Shown in pieces: positions 49,141-61,768 of a stretch of DNA of 64,000 nucleotides. Source of the DNA: Psilocybe cubensis (taxonomy: Eukaryota); assembly GCA_017499595.2 (NCBI GenBank), contig CM038999.1, positions 4,030,001 to 4,094,000 of the forward strand, in the 5' to 3' direction. A model generated the notes under the pieces. The model was not told where the DNA came from. It was given only the letters and a program-made list of their open reading frames with translations, and made no database searches. The number at the start of each line of letters is the position of its first letter. Position 1 is the stretch's first letter. The translations under genes were made by a program, and so were the position numbers.

Positions 49141-50669
49141 CTACCCACTCTTCCCTCCCCCAACCAACGGAAACGGGCTCGGCGGGAGCCTGCGCCCAGG
49201 CGGTCCCACAGACACACCGAGGTCCGACACTTTGCCCGTCTCAACGTCATACACGAACCCGTGGATAAACACCTCCGTCACCGGTAGATGCGCGCTGCTC
49301 GCCGTCGCGATTGTCGGTCCTGACCCGTTCGTTTCGGTCACGTCTGCATAGTGCTGTTGTTGGGTGGGGTGTGGGGTGGGGGTGAGGTTAGCGATGGATT
49401 GGTACGGATGGAGCATGAACACGTACATCTCGGATCACAGTCGATTTTGCAATCTTCTCCACATTAGATTTTACATTTTCCTCCACAAGCGCACGGAATG
49501 CGGCTGAATAGAAGTTAGAAGAGCAACTGTGATAGCGAGGAGGTGGGGAGTGAGAGAATCAGGCAATGTGCTCACCATCGTGCAGGTGTGGAACTTTGCT
49601 CATGGGTTCAAGTTTGCATGCTTCTCGATGTGCAACGATTTCAGGTCTGCATCAAACCAACCAAAAAGAAACAAAGAATAAGCTGCTGGAGCACATCTCG
49701 GAAGTGAAGTGAAGTGAATGCAAGAAGGTCGTGGAGGTGGAGAACAGAGATAACGCAAGGGTAAACGGGGAATGGATATAAGGATGGGGATGGCAATAGA
49801 TCAGGAGTGATAAAGGACAGATGGAGCATCATGAACAAGGCTCACGCACCGCGTCGAAGTCTCATACAACTCCCTGATAGGCTGTATCCAACACTGCACG
49901 GCGATATCCGCTGGTCGAGTCAACGACATCTTGAGGGGCATCATTGACTCCGCAACTCCTCCACACCCATAGTGGCCCATCACGATGACATGCTTCACTT
50001 TCAGGGATTCCACAGCAAAAGAGAGCACGGCATTCCTAAGAAAGGGTTGCCCATTTTTAGCTCGCAAGTTCCGAAGATGATGACTTCATAGACTCACGAG
50101 TTCAGGTCCTGCTCGTCGAACCGGTTGGCGATGTTTCCGGCTGTAAATATTGTCCCTGGTTGGGCAGAGAAGATGTCCTGCTCGCTAACCCTGCGATATG
50201 GTTGGCAAAGGGGACAGTCAAAACGCTCAACACCTCGTACCGACTGTCCGAACAATCCACCAGCATAAATGGGGGTTCTAAGAAAGATAAATGTGTCAGT
50301 CTAAGCACCATAGAAAACTGCAGGCTACACACTTTGTCCTTCGATTGCCAGCGTCGATAGGAGGCCGGGATTTTGCTCTGACATGTTCGTCACGTACTCA
50401 GTGTTCCCAGTGAAAAGTTCGTTCATATCCGAGATGAATTTTTTGCGAGAACATGACATTAATGTTCGTCGAAAATGGGTAGGGACGGCTGGTGGTGTTG
50501 TACCGTGTGTGGTGTACTGGCTCTGGGGGGAAATCGATGTCGAGCAAAGTTGAGCTTTTTTGCCATGTCGTGTGTGGAATCCGTGGGTCCTTGCTTTCGG
50601 AATGCTGGTCGCGCACGGGCGCGTAAAAGAGGTGCTCGCGATCGATGATACGAGCCTTGACAACGGCAT
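49141..50669 (-). CDS. Beta-class carbonic anhydrase with probable mitochondrial presequence, multi-exon
   Basis: Zn ligands in DCSDSR and VMGHYGCGGV; also GNIAN, AVLSFAVESLKVKHVIV, ALVEENV, FIHGFVYDVETG. N-terminus R/S/T-rich and acid-free. Confidence 0.93.
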
Positions 50670-53450
50670 ATTGGTAGGGGAAAAAAAGCGAGGGCGGCAG
50701 CGCCGATTACGGATGGTGGTGGTTGTAGGCTTTGTTCGGACCACAAATTGAGGGCCAAATGTTCAGCCAATCGGCAGACGCAAATGGCGTAATGGTGGCG
50801 GTGCTGAAAAATAAACCCTCCCCAAAGCAAGGGTATTACATAATCGACATCTTCTCTCGCATCCACTGAATAATCTGACGCGAACTTCCAAACTTGCGTT
50901 GAACCCATTCAAATATTCATGATTTTTTATCGTGTATGCGTGCAAGAAAGCCTTGAAAGTATTGGTTATCCTGGTGGAATCCAAATCTGAGAGTTTAACT
51001 GACTGGAGTCTTCTAGAACCTCGTCCGCCGGGGGATGGCGCGAACGCCAACTGTTTCAATGAGGAAGCTATTCTACTTTTGTGGAGGGTAATGAAGAACA
51101 CACCTTTCACAGTAAGTGTATCAAGGACATTGCCCACGCTGGCATTGGCCTCCGGCTATACCGCTGAGTGCCCTCTCCTACTCTCCCTGGTATTTCTTTA
51201 TCTACTTCACATTGGCCACCAAGCCGACTGTGCTATGATTCTGAACCAGGAACAAAACGTTAGGGGGGGTCAGCGATCTTTTGGAAACATCGTCTCTGGT
51301 ACATACAGCAACTGTTTGAAGGAGCGACGCGCATATATGCGTTGTCAGCGAAGGGAATGAAAGCAAGAAACGTTGAGACATCCCCGACGGATTCCGGTGT
51401 CAAAGGGATGGAATCCATCATGGGGAGCCGAGACTGGTCTGGACTCAGTCTTTTGATCGTATCAATGTCGATCAATATTGGTGCTGCTCCTTCCCGATTG
51501 AGTAATGCATACTCCAATTAAGGAAGGCAGCTGAGAATGGGTGATGCGCGCTAGCTCTTATACAAAGCGAATGACGTTCGAACGGATTTCTGTGAGATGA
51601 AAAATGAGCAGAAGATGAGAATTAGAATAAAATGAATGAGCAAGAGGGAAAGTCAGAAATTATCGTGGTGACACGATTTTCCGTCGGTGCGTAGGCTTTG
51701 GCGGCGAGCCGAAAAGTGACGCAAGTTAGAGGCCACGTGATCGACAATGCGATCGGACGCAATGCAAACGCGACGCGATTAGACTGGTATGGATAGAAAA
51801 TTGGGCCGCCAATGGCCTGAGCATTGGGTCCACGCGAAGAAAGCCCAAACAAGAGTTCCAATGTGGCTGCACCAAGCGCTGGTAGGAAAAAGAAGGGAGA
51901 GGAGGGTGGGAACGAAAAAAAATTAAGGAAAGAGATTTCGGAGTTTTTGAGAAATGAATACAGACCAAATCTCTTCGAGACGAGAGGGAAACCGACAGAT
52001 GAGTAAATTTGAGGAGAGCTTGAGCCAGTATATTAGGAGCATAAAATTGAAGAAGACCTTGACAGTGAAAACGCTTTTCATGCAAATGGGCAATAGAGTT
52101 GATTCTTGTTTTTCGTGCCAGCAGTATATATGATATATTCTCAATACTACCCACCATAACTTACAACTTGAATGGCTAATAATGTTAAATTAAGGGAATA
52201 AAACAGTTGCCAACTGTTTAAACGCGTCGAGAAGAGTTCGGGCGTGTGGTGGCGCGTGGGCCCATATTACCGAGAAGTGTTTTACAGTCCGCACTTTACA
52301 TACTATTAATAAAGCATTGCCAGTGGCAATAAGGCCTTTCTGTGCTCGATTTTGCGATAGGTATCTGATACTTCAACTTACGTTCATTGCTTCTTGTTGC
52401 TCTCTTTGGTTCACAATTTATATTTTTGGGAAAGTCTTTATTAATTAGTGCCGTTAGAGCTTGATGATAACATGGTTTGCATGTTTTGATGTTTGAAAAA
52501 TGAACAATGCTGCAAGCAAAAAATATGAGCAATCATGTTTGGCCTTGATGCAATATGGCGACTAAGAATAATTGTAAATAAGCTGTTCAAGATAACACCA
52601 ACCAGAGAGAGATGTAGAATAAGTTGTATGGCCATGTAGGGCGAAAGAAAGAAAAGCAAACAAATAAGTTGTTCAATAAGCATTTGTTGCTAAACCCTAG
52701 TTTCGCAGGTAGACCTTCTGAGGTGACCCTGATTTTCTGGTCCTGAACCGATATCTCGGGTGAATGTTTGTAAGGACAACCGTGTGGACAAGGATCGGAC
52801 TACGAAAATTAGGGCCCGGAGCTCGAAATAAGTAGCTGAGTCAGAAATGGCTGGCCACGAGCCTAGCCTAATCCCACCCCTAACTGTTAGCGGAAGTTTA
52901 AACTCAAGCCGAAGGGTGAAATACCTAGACATTCCCACTACAGTATGTGTATCCCCCATGAAGCATTTACTATAGTTTTTCTCAATTCTAAAAGTTAGAA
53001 ACTGGTTTGTTTAGGCCTTCGACGTTTGGGTCTTTCCTGTGTTGCCCCTGCCCAGCATCCTGAGGTCACTGGCGAAACATGGGGAGCACATGGGGCCTCC
53101 TGGCACATGATCACCGAAGTGATTAACGCCATCGACAACGACGACGCCCAGCGACGCTCTTGGGCTTCTCGTTTTTACCTCTCCATCTCTGCTCTTCACC
53201 TTTAGAGTTAGAGTCATCATTCTTAAGAAAGCCATACAGGCTACCCACGTTCTTTTTTGTATCGATCATCGACTTATCAGTACTTGGAGGTTTGGGGTGC
53301 AAGGTAAGTGAGTTCCTAAACATGAATGGGCCAATAACATCATAAAACACACCAATTTTTCGTATTTACCCAGTTTAATCCTCTATAACCTACACCTTCA
53401 CGACATATACCAATCCATCTCCTCGTCTATACCCAAAAAACAAGGAAACT

Positions 53451-54436
53451 ATGTCAACATCCATCTGCAGGCCTGCACGCCTCCCATTCATCCGACTTGC
53501 GTTCTCAATCTCACCTGCATTTTTTGCGACAACCTTTGTTGGACTAGCGAACGCACAAGTGGGCCATATCCAAGTGTCGATCAACAATCTCCCTGCATGC
53601 GCACTCCCGTGTGCGGCGAGGGCGGCGGCAGATGTGGGATGTGCCATGTACATTCTTTTTTTTGGCATCCTTGACCATGGCTAACATCAGACTACAGGAG
53701 CGACGCAGATTGTACCTGCTCATACCCGTCTTTCTCCGATTCAATAGTCGAGTGCTCGCGGTCCTCATGCCGCATTGAAGATTGGGGCACAACGGATCTT
53801 GTTCTCTTCGAACTGTGCCAACTCGGTGGTATGTCATGACCCTGAAGTTCGGTGAAGCGACTACCGACACATCCTGTTCTTGCAGGTGAACCTCTCCCAA
53901 CGACGCGACAAGGCCGTGACCCTGCGCCTGATCCAACACCTTCATCTGCGTCTCCACCCGCTGCGTCTTCCCGCCCCCCACCAGCCGGCACGAACACGAA
54001 CACGAACACGCGTACAGGCACAAACACGAACACCCGCACCCCCGCGCCCTCGACACAACCGACACCAACGGCGGGGGGTATCACTCGGTCAACCCCTCGT
54101 GGTACCGGGACATCTGCCCCAGGATCGACCACTCCAGCGCCAGATGCGTCGGCGTCGGCATCAGATGGGACACCCGTGTCAGAGTCTGACGGATCGATTG
54201 GTGCGTCGACGACGACGCAGCCCCTGTCGTTCTCGCTCACGACGATTGAAAGTCTGAGTGGCAGCACGACGGTGTTGGTTGTGCAGACTTTACCTGCCTC
54301 TAGTGGATCTGGTACAGATGGCGGTGGAGCGACGAGTGGAGGTGGAAGGACAAAGGAAAGCACTGTGGCGGCGGGAGTGGGGGAGTTGGTGGGTGTGGGG
54401 ATGATTGTGTTTTTTGGGGTTGGATGGGGATTGTGA
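53451..54436 (+). CDS. CFEM-domain cell-surface protein with T/S/P stalk and hydrophobic C-terminus, three exons
   Basis: LPACALPCAARAAADVGCA|xSDADCTCSYPSFSDSIVECSRSSCRIEDWGTTDLVLFELCQL (8 Cys); TNTNT repeats; C-terminal VGVGMIVFFGVGWGL. Confidence 0.88.
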
Positions 54437-55776
54437 AGTTTGCGTTTTGGACATTGAGTATTTCACGGCACGTTTGTATTCAGTCCCTCCCTCGTATCTC
54501 CTCAGTTACTGACCTATCAGTTGGTGTAGGACTTGAATTGATAGTTTAAGAATCAGGTCCATACCTGTCCCATGCGGCCGTCGCCAACTATTACGTACGA
54601 GTATGTACACCATCGTGCTGATCTTGATGATGTGATTGTCGAACGCCGATCGATGATCTTCGCTAGAGTTGATGCTGTTATGTCGGATTGTTCCGACGTC
54701 AACAGAATCGTTTGTCTACGTTTGCCAGGCGATTTTGGAAATAGACAACAAAGGTGGTCACTCGAGCATTGTATAGCATTCTCAGACTGGTAGAGAGTGA
54801 CTGCCACGAGTACCGTTTCGATCAATGGTCTTTCTCATTTTTCATTTCTAAAGTCGGAAAAGATATTTAGAAAATTACAGTATCCGATGCTGAAGCGAGT
54901 CGGGCTGGGAGGGTAAACGCGCAGCACCCAAGAAAAATGGAAAAAATGGGAGCTCGGGGTCCAAGTTGCGTATCATATGCGACGTTATCTCGCGGACTCT
55001 TCTTTCTTTAGTACACGGGTTGACATTTTTGACACAGTTGTGACAGTTGGGACTTCGAAGGGGCTTGGCAAGTTCGAGAGTTAACGTGTCATGGATACCA
55101 AAGTTGGATGGGCACTACAGGAGTTTGGTGAGTGAACCCGACGCGCAATTTCAAGATGATTTGGCAGCATGCTGTACAAGCGTTTCATGATCGACATTTG
55201 AGTTGTTTAACAAGGTTATACAAAGGTTATGCACCTCACTGGATATAAACTGAAATTCCATAGCTTTGGAACTTTATTTCTACGTCTTTCAATATACAAA
55301 CGAGGCCTCTGTATATTTTTACCACTCACTTTTGGTACTCATTAAAATATGCCCAACAATAGGAAGGAATGCGTTTCGGCCTCGGCGGCGACCGTCAGGG
55401 AATGGGTACTATATCGAAAGCCAGGGAAGACATGCTTCTGAGACGTCTGAGGGATCGTTCACTATCGACTCCAACCCTTGGCTACTTCTCGCTTAACGCA
55501 CGGAAACTCGGATTTTTATCCGCCTAGATGCGAATGACTAATTGCAGGGAAATAATGCCCTGTGGGATAAGGACCTGAAAACCTATAAAAGAAAGCTAGA
55601 ATGGTGAGATAGGTCCCCAAGCTGGTCTTTCCACACTCACATCTCTCATACACTCAACTCAAGTGCCGGTCACTTGTACGTTATATATCACTTTGACTTT
55701 CACCTATGTGGATGTGCTGATACTGATATTTGGTGTTGGATAGAAACTCATACACCACTAACCAACACAATCAAAA

Positions 55777-56095
55777 ATGCAGTTCAAGTCTATCATCTTT
55801 GCCGCTGTCGCCCTCGTTTCCGTTGTTTCTGCCTACCCCACTGAGTCGGGCGCCGACTCTGGAAACCTCTAGTACGCTGTCTTTTACTTATGGCATCCTC
55901 ATCGTTTTTGACATTATGTGTTTGATGAACAGCCGCCGCAGTGGAATTCTCAAATGCAACAACCACAACAACCAGATTGTCTGCGACACTACACACCAGT
56001 GCGCGCGTCCTGGTGCTACGCCAACGCCCAAGCCAGGCAAATATGGAGGCAATAACGCATGGTGCAGCGACTACCACCGCTGCAAGTGCGTTTGA
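55777..56095 (+). CDS. Small secreted 6-Cys peptide precursor (85 aa, single core), two coding exons
   Basis: MQFKSIIFAAVALVSVVSA-YPTESGADSGNLYRR-SGILKCNNHNNQIVCDTTHQCARPGATPTPKPGKYGGNNAWCSDYHRCKCV*. Phase-2 intron 55872-55932, TATA near 55585, 5'-UTR intron 55676-55743. Confidence 0.9.
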
Positions 56096-56847
56096 GGGGT
56101 TGTGTCATCTATCTTGGATCTATGCTTTGGCGGGAATATATGAGTTTTGTATGACGGTCGTTGTGTGATTAAGTCTGACATTGCTATACCTTGAAGGCTT
56201 ATTAATTCGTTTGGAAATTGAATCTGCCTGCAAACAGCTTTTTCAGTTCGAATACAGAGACAGGATTCTCATCTTTTAACAACTGTCAGAAGTTTGTTGA
56301 CCATCGGGTGCTTGGCTTAGAAATGGAGAGCGCTTCGTCAGTTCGTTTGTTATTGAACTCACCTGAGAAGTTTAATAAATACCATATCTTATCTCTACAG
56401 ATGCATTAGTACTATATAGCACCAAATCAAGATATGTTTTCTCATTATATCCCCGAAATAGTCCTCCGGTCATTGCGCCACACCGTTTCGCAGATTATCA
56501 CACCCCATAAAAGCGATAGTGCGCCACAATTGACTGCAGGAGGTATCTACATAGGTGTGTCATTTCACACAGTGAAACATATGTACAACGTCATGATTCC
56601 TACAATGACTTGACTAAAATCAGGCATTTAGTACCACATAAGTCCCTACGCTGTTCAGAATCTTTGGCAAGTATTTGAGTTGTAAAGGCAATAAAGAGAA
56701 GCTAGATACAGTATGCTTCAGGTTAGACGACCGATGAAGACATTCTTATTCTAAGAATTTTTCGTGGAATCTGGAACCTCACTCATTGTATGCTCTTGTA
56801 CAAAAATTCAATATGACGTTATCTAAATACATAGGCGTTTGTAGTAT

Positions 56848-57921
56848 CTAGTGACGACGAGGAGACGCAGGCCTGCGGCTTCCTGGCTTGGTTCGTTGCG
56901 CATTACCACTGATTTCTCCGAGGGGCTGTCTGCATGAACACTCTGTTTCGCAGTGAGAGTTCAAGGTCGGGTGAGCACCGTGCTTGCGAGTCGGTCGGCT
57001 TGATGAGTTAAGGCACTCGTGCGTGGTACCACACATCACCGAGTTGTTGTGCGATGCGCATTGAAGAGGGACGGTACGGCGTGTCAGAGATGAGAACTCA
57101 GTGCTAAAAAAGTGTGACATTAATCGCCATGGGATGGGTTTAAAAGCCAAAGAAGACTTACTCGTATTCTGACCGACGGTGACCTGCCCGGCGACCACCA
57201 GGTGACGCTGGTCTGCGTTTTGTTCGTTGTTCATTCCCACTGATCTCACCCAGAGGTTGTCTGCAGGAGCATTCCGTTTCACAGTGAGAATTCAATGTTG
57301 GGTGCGCGCCATGCCTGCGGGTGGGTCTGCTTGAAGAGGACAGGCACTCATGTGTCGTGGGGCAAATAACCGCGTTGTTATGCGAAGCGCACTGAAGGGG
57401 CACAGTGCGGCGAGTCAGAGAGGTGTACTCCATTCTATTGCCCAGATAAGTTTTTCAAAGGAGCGAGTGGTAGCAGGTCTGGAAACTTACTCCACTTCCC
57501 GGCGGTGACCGGCTCGGCGTCCAGGAGATGCAGGTCTGCGGCTGCTTGGCTTCTTGCGTTGCTCGTTGCCACTGATTTCTCCGAGAGGTTGACGACAAGA
57601 GCACTCCGTCTCGCAGTGCGAATTGAGCGTGGCATGAGCGCCATGCTTACGGGTTGGCCTGCTCGATGAGCTCAAGCACTCATGTGTCGTTGGGCAGATT
57701 ATTGCATTATTGTGCGAGGCGCATTGTAAAGGTACGGTGCGACGAGTGAGCGAGCTGTACTCGGCACTGTAAAGGATATCTGTCAGGAGTTGCAGTGCGA
57801 TGAGAAATTCGAATACTAACTCCTCATATCTTCGATAGAACTCTGGGTCACGAATAGAAGCAGCAATGCTAGATGTAGCAGCGAGAATGACAGCAAAAGC
57901 GACGGTGGTGGAGAAACGCAT
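56848..57921 (-). CDS. Secreted multi-core repeat precursor (301 aa) with three 6-Cys/His-rich cores, Kex2-type dibasic sites
   Basis: Exons 57921-57821, 57766-57491, 57434-57162 and 57103-56848 (906 nt, all introns phase 2). Signal peptide, then three copies of SLTRR-TVPLQCASHNNxxxCxTTHECLxSSSRPTRxHGAHxTLNSHCETECSCRQPLGEISGN plus an Arg-rich linker. Confidence 0.93.
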
Positions 57922-58816
57922 GTTGAATATTTGTTAGATAATCGCTAATGAAAACGGAAGACGGCGACCTGGTCAGTAAACATTCATATTGAGGGATGTA
58001 AAGGCTTTACCAGTGACCGGCACTTTGAGTAATTGAGTGGGGAAGCGCAGCTTGAAGAAAAGATTTCAGTTCAAACAGGCTTTTATATCCTTTGAAGTGT
58101 ATATCGATGTTCCGTTGTCTATCGCATACTTAACTGTAGATATGAAACCAACAAGATGCCCATCATGAGACCCCTGGCCTTGGAGCAACACATTCTCACA
58201 GAACAGGCATCAATTATGACTTTTTCCTATCTTGGTTTGTCCCTTTGCATGCAAATCGCATAGGCGGCGGTGACACAATCGGATTTTCTTTGGCGTCTGA
58301 GGAATGATCGACCTACAAATGATTGCTGCATAGTTAAGATGTACGGTTTACTTGAACCCAGACAATTTCATAATTGCCATTCTGGGCTTATACTTTGTTG
58401 TTTAAAATCATATTTGGAGCGAGTACTGGCTGCTGGCACTGGTGCATGACGAATTACAAGCAAATATTCAATAAATCTCTTTCAAACTTCAAATCACGCT
58501 CCAAGTAGTCTAACTTCGTTGGAGTGTAGTAGATCATGGAACAGAGAAAAATATTCGGAGAGGGCAGTAATTTTAGACATAGACTTCCTCGTTCATTCTG
58601 TGTGGCTTCTTTGGCACATTGTAAAAGTTGCAGTGGAGTGGAGTTAAAGTTATTGTTCAGGACGATGACGACTTGGTCCAAAACGACCACAGTGTAACTG
58701 TAACAGGATGAAAAATTGCATAAATGGAGAGCACGGCTGAACCGGGCTGGTTGCTAAGATATGAAACTGCAAGTGTCAAGGCCCAGTGAAACTCGAACAT
58801 GCGCCGAGTTGAGATG

Positions 58817-58872
58817 TGCTGCGCTCAGCTGTGAAAACAGACGTGATCACATGTCCTCAGCTGAGCGCAGCA
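58817..58872. repeat. Perfect 15-bp inverted repeat downstream of transposon ORF2
   Basis: TGCTGCGCTCAGCTG...CAGCTGAGCGCAGCA with a short spacer containing the palindrome GTGATCAC. Confidence 0.8.
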
Positions 58873-59280
58873 TTTGTCACCATTGCTTCTGAGCAATCCG
58901 GGGTAGCTTGTCCATAATAAAGCAGATTTTTAGGTGCATCTCTGAGAATTTATGAGGTCTAAGTAATGATTTCGGATGTGGTCTGAAATTTTTGGAGCAA
59001 AATGTTGCTTCAAAATCGGTTACTAGCTGTGCACATCTGAGGAAAATATGTGTTGTTATGATTTGATATGTTCATTTCGGCGCTGACAAAGTACATTAAG
59101 AGACTACAGAATTTGTCCCCCCTTCTACTCGGCATTCTCAACTCTGGTTGGAGAACTGTCTGCCTCGTAATATAGCTGGGTTCTAAGTGCAAAAATGCAC
59201 GGGATACCGTCAGTAACTCAAAGTAAAAACACCTAAATGCATCAAAAACCTGTCATAAGGTTACTGGAATCGAAGGTGTG

Positions 59281-61557
59281 TCATGCTGTATTCGCTTTTG
59301 AAGCAGCCTTTCGCTCTTTTGAAAGATCCTCGTATTCCTGTAGAACAGAGTACTCGCTCAAGTAAGCATATTCCAATTTCAGATTGTAAAATTAAGAAGA
59401 CACTGTACCTTCAAAGTTGCTGCATTTAATGCTTTAAAAACTCGGTCAAACTCGGCCTTTGTCGTATCTGGATGCTCCTTCATATAATCGATGCAGTATA
59501 GATTACTATATGACTCAAATTAGTAGAAGAATATAAGTAAGAAGAGAAAGAAACCCGTACCGAACTGACAAGTGAGTCGGATGCGGTACCATCGCCTTTC
59601 CCTTCCGAGTTTTTGAAGCACCCGTACCAGGGGATGCCAGCCAAGGAGAAGGGTCGGTACTGTGTTCAACTTCGCCATTTGGAGGCTTTGGTATGTCAAT
59701 GTCGGCGCTCGAGGTGTGTCAGTTGATTCGCAAGATTTTGGGAAATGTAAAAGAAAAACAACTCACAACAAGTTTGTCTTCCTTGATTTTGATGGAGGCA
59801 ATGACAACGATGCAACAGTAGGAGACAAAGAGGCTGCTAGAAGTCTTGTGGTCTCGGAGTTTGGCTTCGTCGATGCGGGGCCAACAAAGGTTGTCTGCAT
59901 TTCCATTTGTTGTGGGTTGTTTATGTGTACAACAGATGCCCCCGTGTCTGTTAAATCGGTTGCTAGTGCACCTACGGGAAATGGAATAAAGGTAGTAGAA
60001 TGATTCAAATTAATGATTTGCACCATGAGCTTACCCGCAAGTCTAGCCATGGCACCATTATTTGCTTGAGGTGACATCTGGGGTGTTGTAGCAGAAGGAA
60101 ACATCTCACGATGAGGCACCGTAATAGCACCTAGAAGACTTGATGAAGAATCTACTGGAGCGACATCCGGGGCGGGTGTCTGCAGGGCGGAACTTGATAA
60201 AGAAGAGAAATATATACATTAGTATTAGGTGCAGAAAGAAATAATAGATAAAAAGGAAAAATACCTGTTACCTTCGTCAGAAGCACGGCCCTTTGCACCA
60301 ACACTAGGCCTCTTGGCGTGATCTGACACATACATCGAGTCCATGTCGTCATCATCAATGATTTCAACAACCTCCTTATCTACTTGAACTTCGATAGGTG
60401 CGACCGTGTTTTTTGTCTTTTTGTGACGGCCTCGCTTTGATTCAGCATCGTGGTTTTCACTGATGTTAGCCTTTCGCTTTTTGAACGATGGTTTCTCACC
60501 TATAAATGATATGGTTAGAATGTAAACAATGTATGACTCTTACTTACGACTTAATGGAGCATGTTTACTGCTCCGACTCCACCGATTCCATCCCGGATAA
60601 AGCTGAGTTTTATATAAACAAAGCTTCCAGTTGTTGCTGCACAGTGTGAACTCAGGAAATTTTGCACGCATCGTGTTGTTTGTGAAGTCATCGGCAATCG
60701 GCATCTTCTTGGCCCACGTCGACGGGTCCAGTCGGTAATGGTGAAGCTCGTTAAAGCAGCTTTTGAGTGTCTGGCTTATCAGGGTCAGTCTTGCCTTATC
60801 AAGTGGGTCACCTTCTTCGTCAGTAAGATATGCCGTCGTTTTGACATGTCGGTTAGCATTTGCTTCTTTTTCTTTAAATGCTTTCCACGACGACTCATCC
60901 CAGTAACGAGCAAGAGGATAATCATCTTCCTCTGCATCGGGAACCTCGGGTGGCACCGTGAGCCTACTCGGAATGACTTGACCATTGCCCTGCTCGTTTA
61001 TAGATGCAGTGGCCAATTGCTGGCCATTGAGATTAGTTTTCAGTGTTGTGGATTGTTGGAATTGACCAGCTCGGAGATTTGTAAGCTCTAACTTGAGCTC
61101 AAGAATTCGCTCGCTATGCTCTTTAGAGCGCATATATTTGTACAAAAGATAAGATAACATACCTTTTTGCACTATTCTCTGCTTTCAAGGCCATATTCTC
61201 AGTAAAAATTGTATAAAATGCTTCATTAGAAGCAGCAAGAAGCTCGGAGTTTGTTGCTCTTCGAAGAATAGACATGGTGTTAAAATGTCCCTGAGGTAGA
61301 GCCATGTTGACGGAAGGTTGGGACCCTGGTGCCAAAGACTAGATAGATCTTTTAGTGTAAGTATACAGTCACCAAATAAATCCCTGTCTACGTACATTGC
61401 CAAAATTCCATTGAGTATTGTGCTGATTTCCATTTCCGAGTACATCCTGCCTTCGAGTCGGAAATGCTGTATTTGTCATGTCCAGCAAAGAGGAACTGAG
61501 TTCATCAGTGAATGGTGCAGTATATTCTGACATCTCTCTTGAATGATATTGAGCCAT
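59281..61557 (-). CDS. Transposon-associated ORF2 (multi-exon) with HMG-box-like C-terminus
   Basis: Spliced frame from MAQYHSREM through ERILELKLEL, DYPLARYWDESSW, YLTDEEGDP, FPEFTLCSNNWK to CIDYMKEHPDTTKAEFDRVFKALNAATLK|EYEDLSKERKAASKANTA*. Same strand as, and directly downstream of, the transposase. Confidence 0.7.
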
Positions 61558-61768
61558 AAATGAATTTGGTATTGTAGTGCAATGGGTAAAGAAACGGGAC
61601 AATGTAATGGTACGCAACTCTGCAGTCAGACGTGTCACAATATTTGGTCATGTTTATTGTTGGTCACAACTCTATTATTATCCAGGCTCTCCGTCGATTT
61701 CAAGTTGCCTCTTCGTCTCCACGTTTAGGCATAGTATACAACCAAAATAAAATATATTATTGGCATTT

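Noticed and set aside
50763-52157. Chain of minus-strand ORFs upstream of the carbonic anhydrase
   Set aside because: No consistent splice model or recognisable domain; may be a degenerate gene.
53692-54363. 223-aa antisense ORF over the second CFEM gene (and similar antisense ORFs over Rrp46 and the beta-propeller gene)
   Set aside because: Shadow frames of GC-rich or low-complexity coding sequence on the opposite strand.
55777-57921. Peptide genes as dikaritin/borosin/MSDIN RiPP precursors or classical CS-alpha-beta defensins
   Set aside because: No DUF3328/UstYa, prolyl oligopeptidase or methyltransferase partner nearby. Cores are long and Cys-rich, and CxxxC directly abuts CxC, unlike the defensin spacing.
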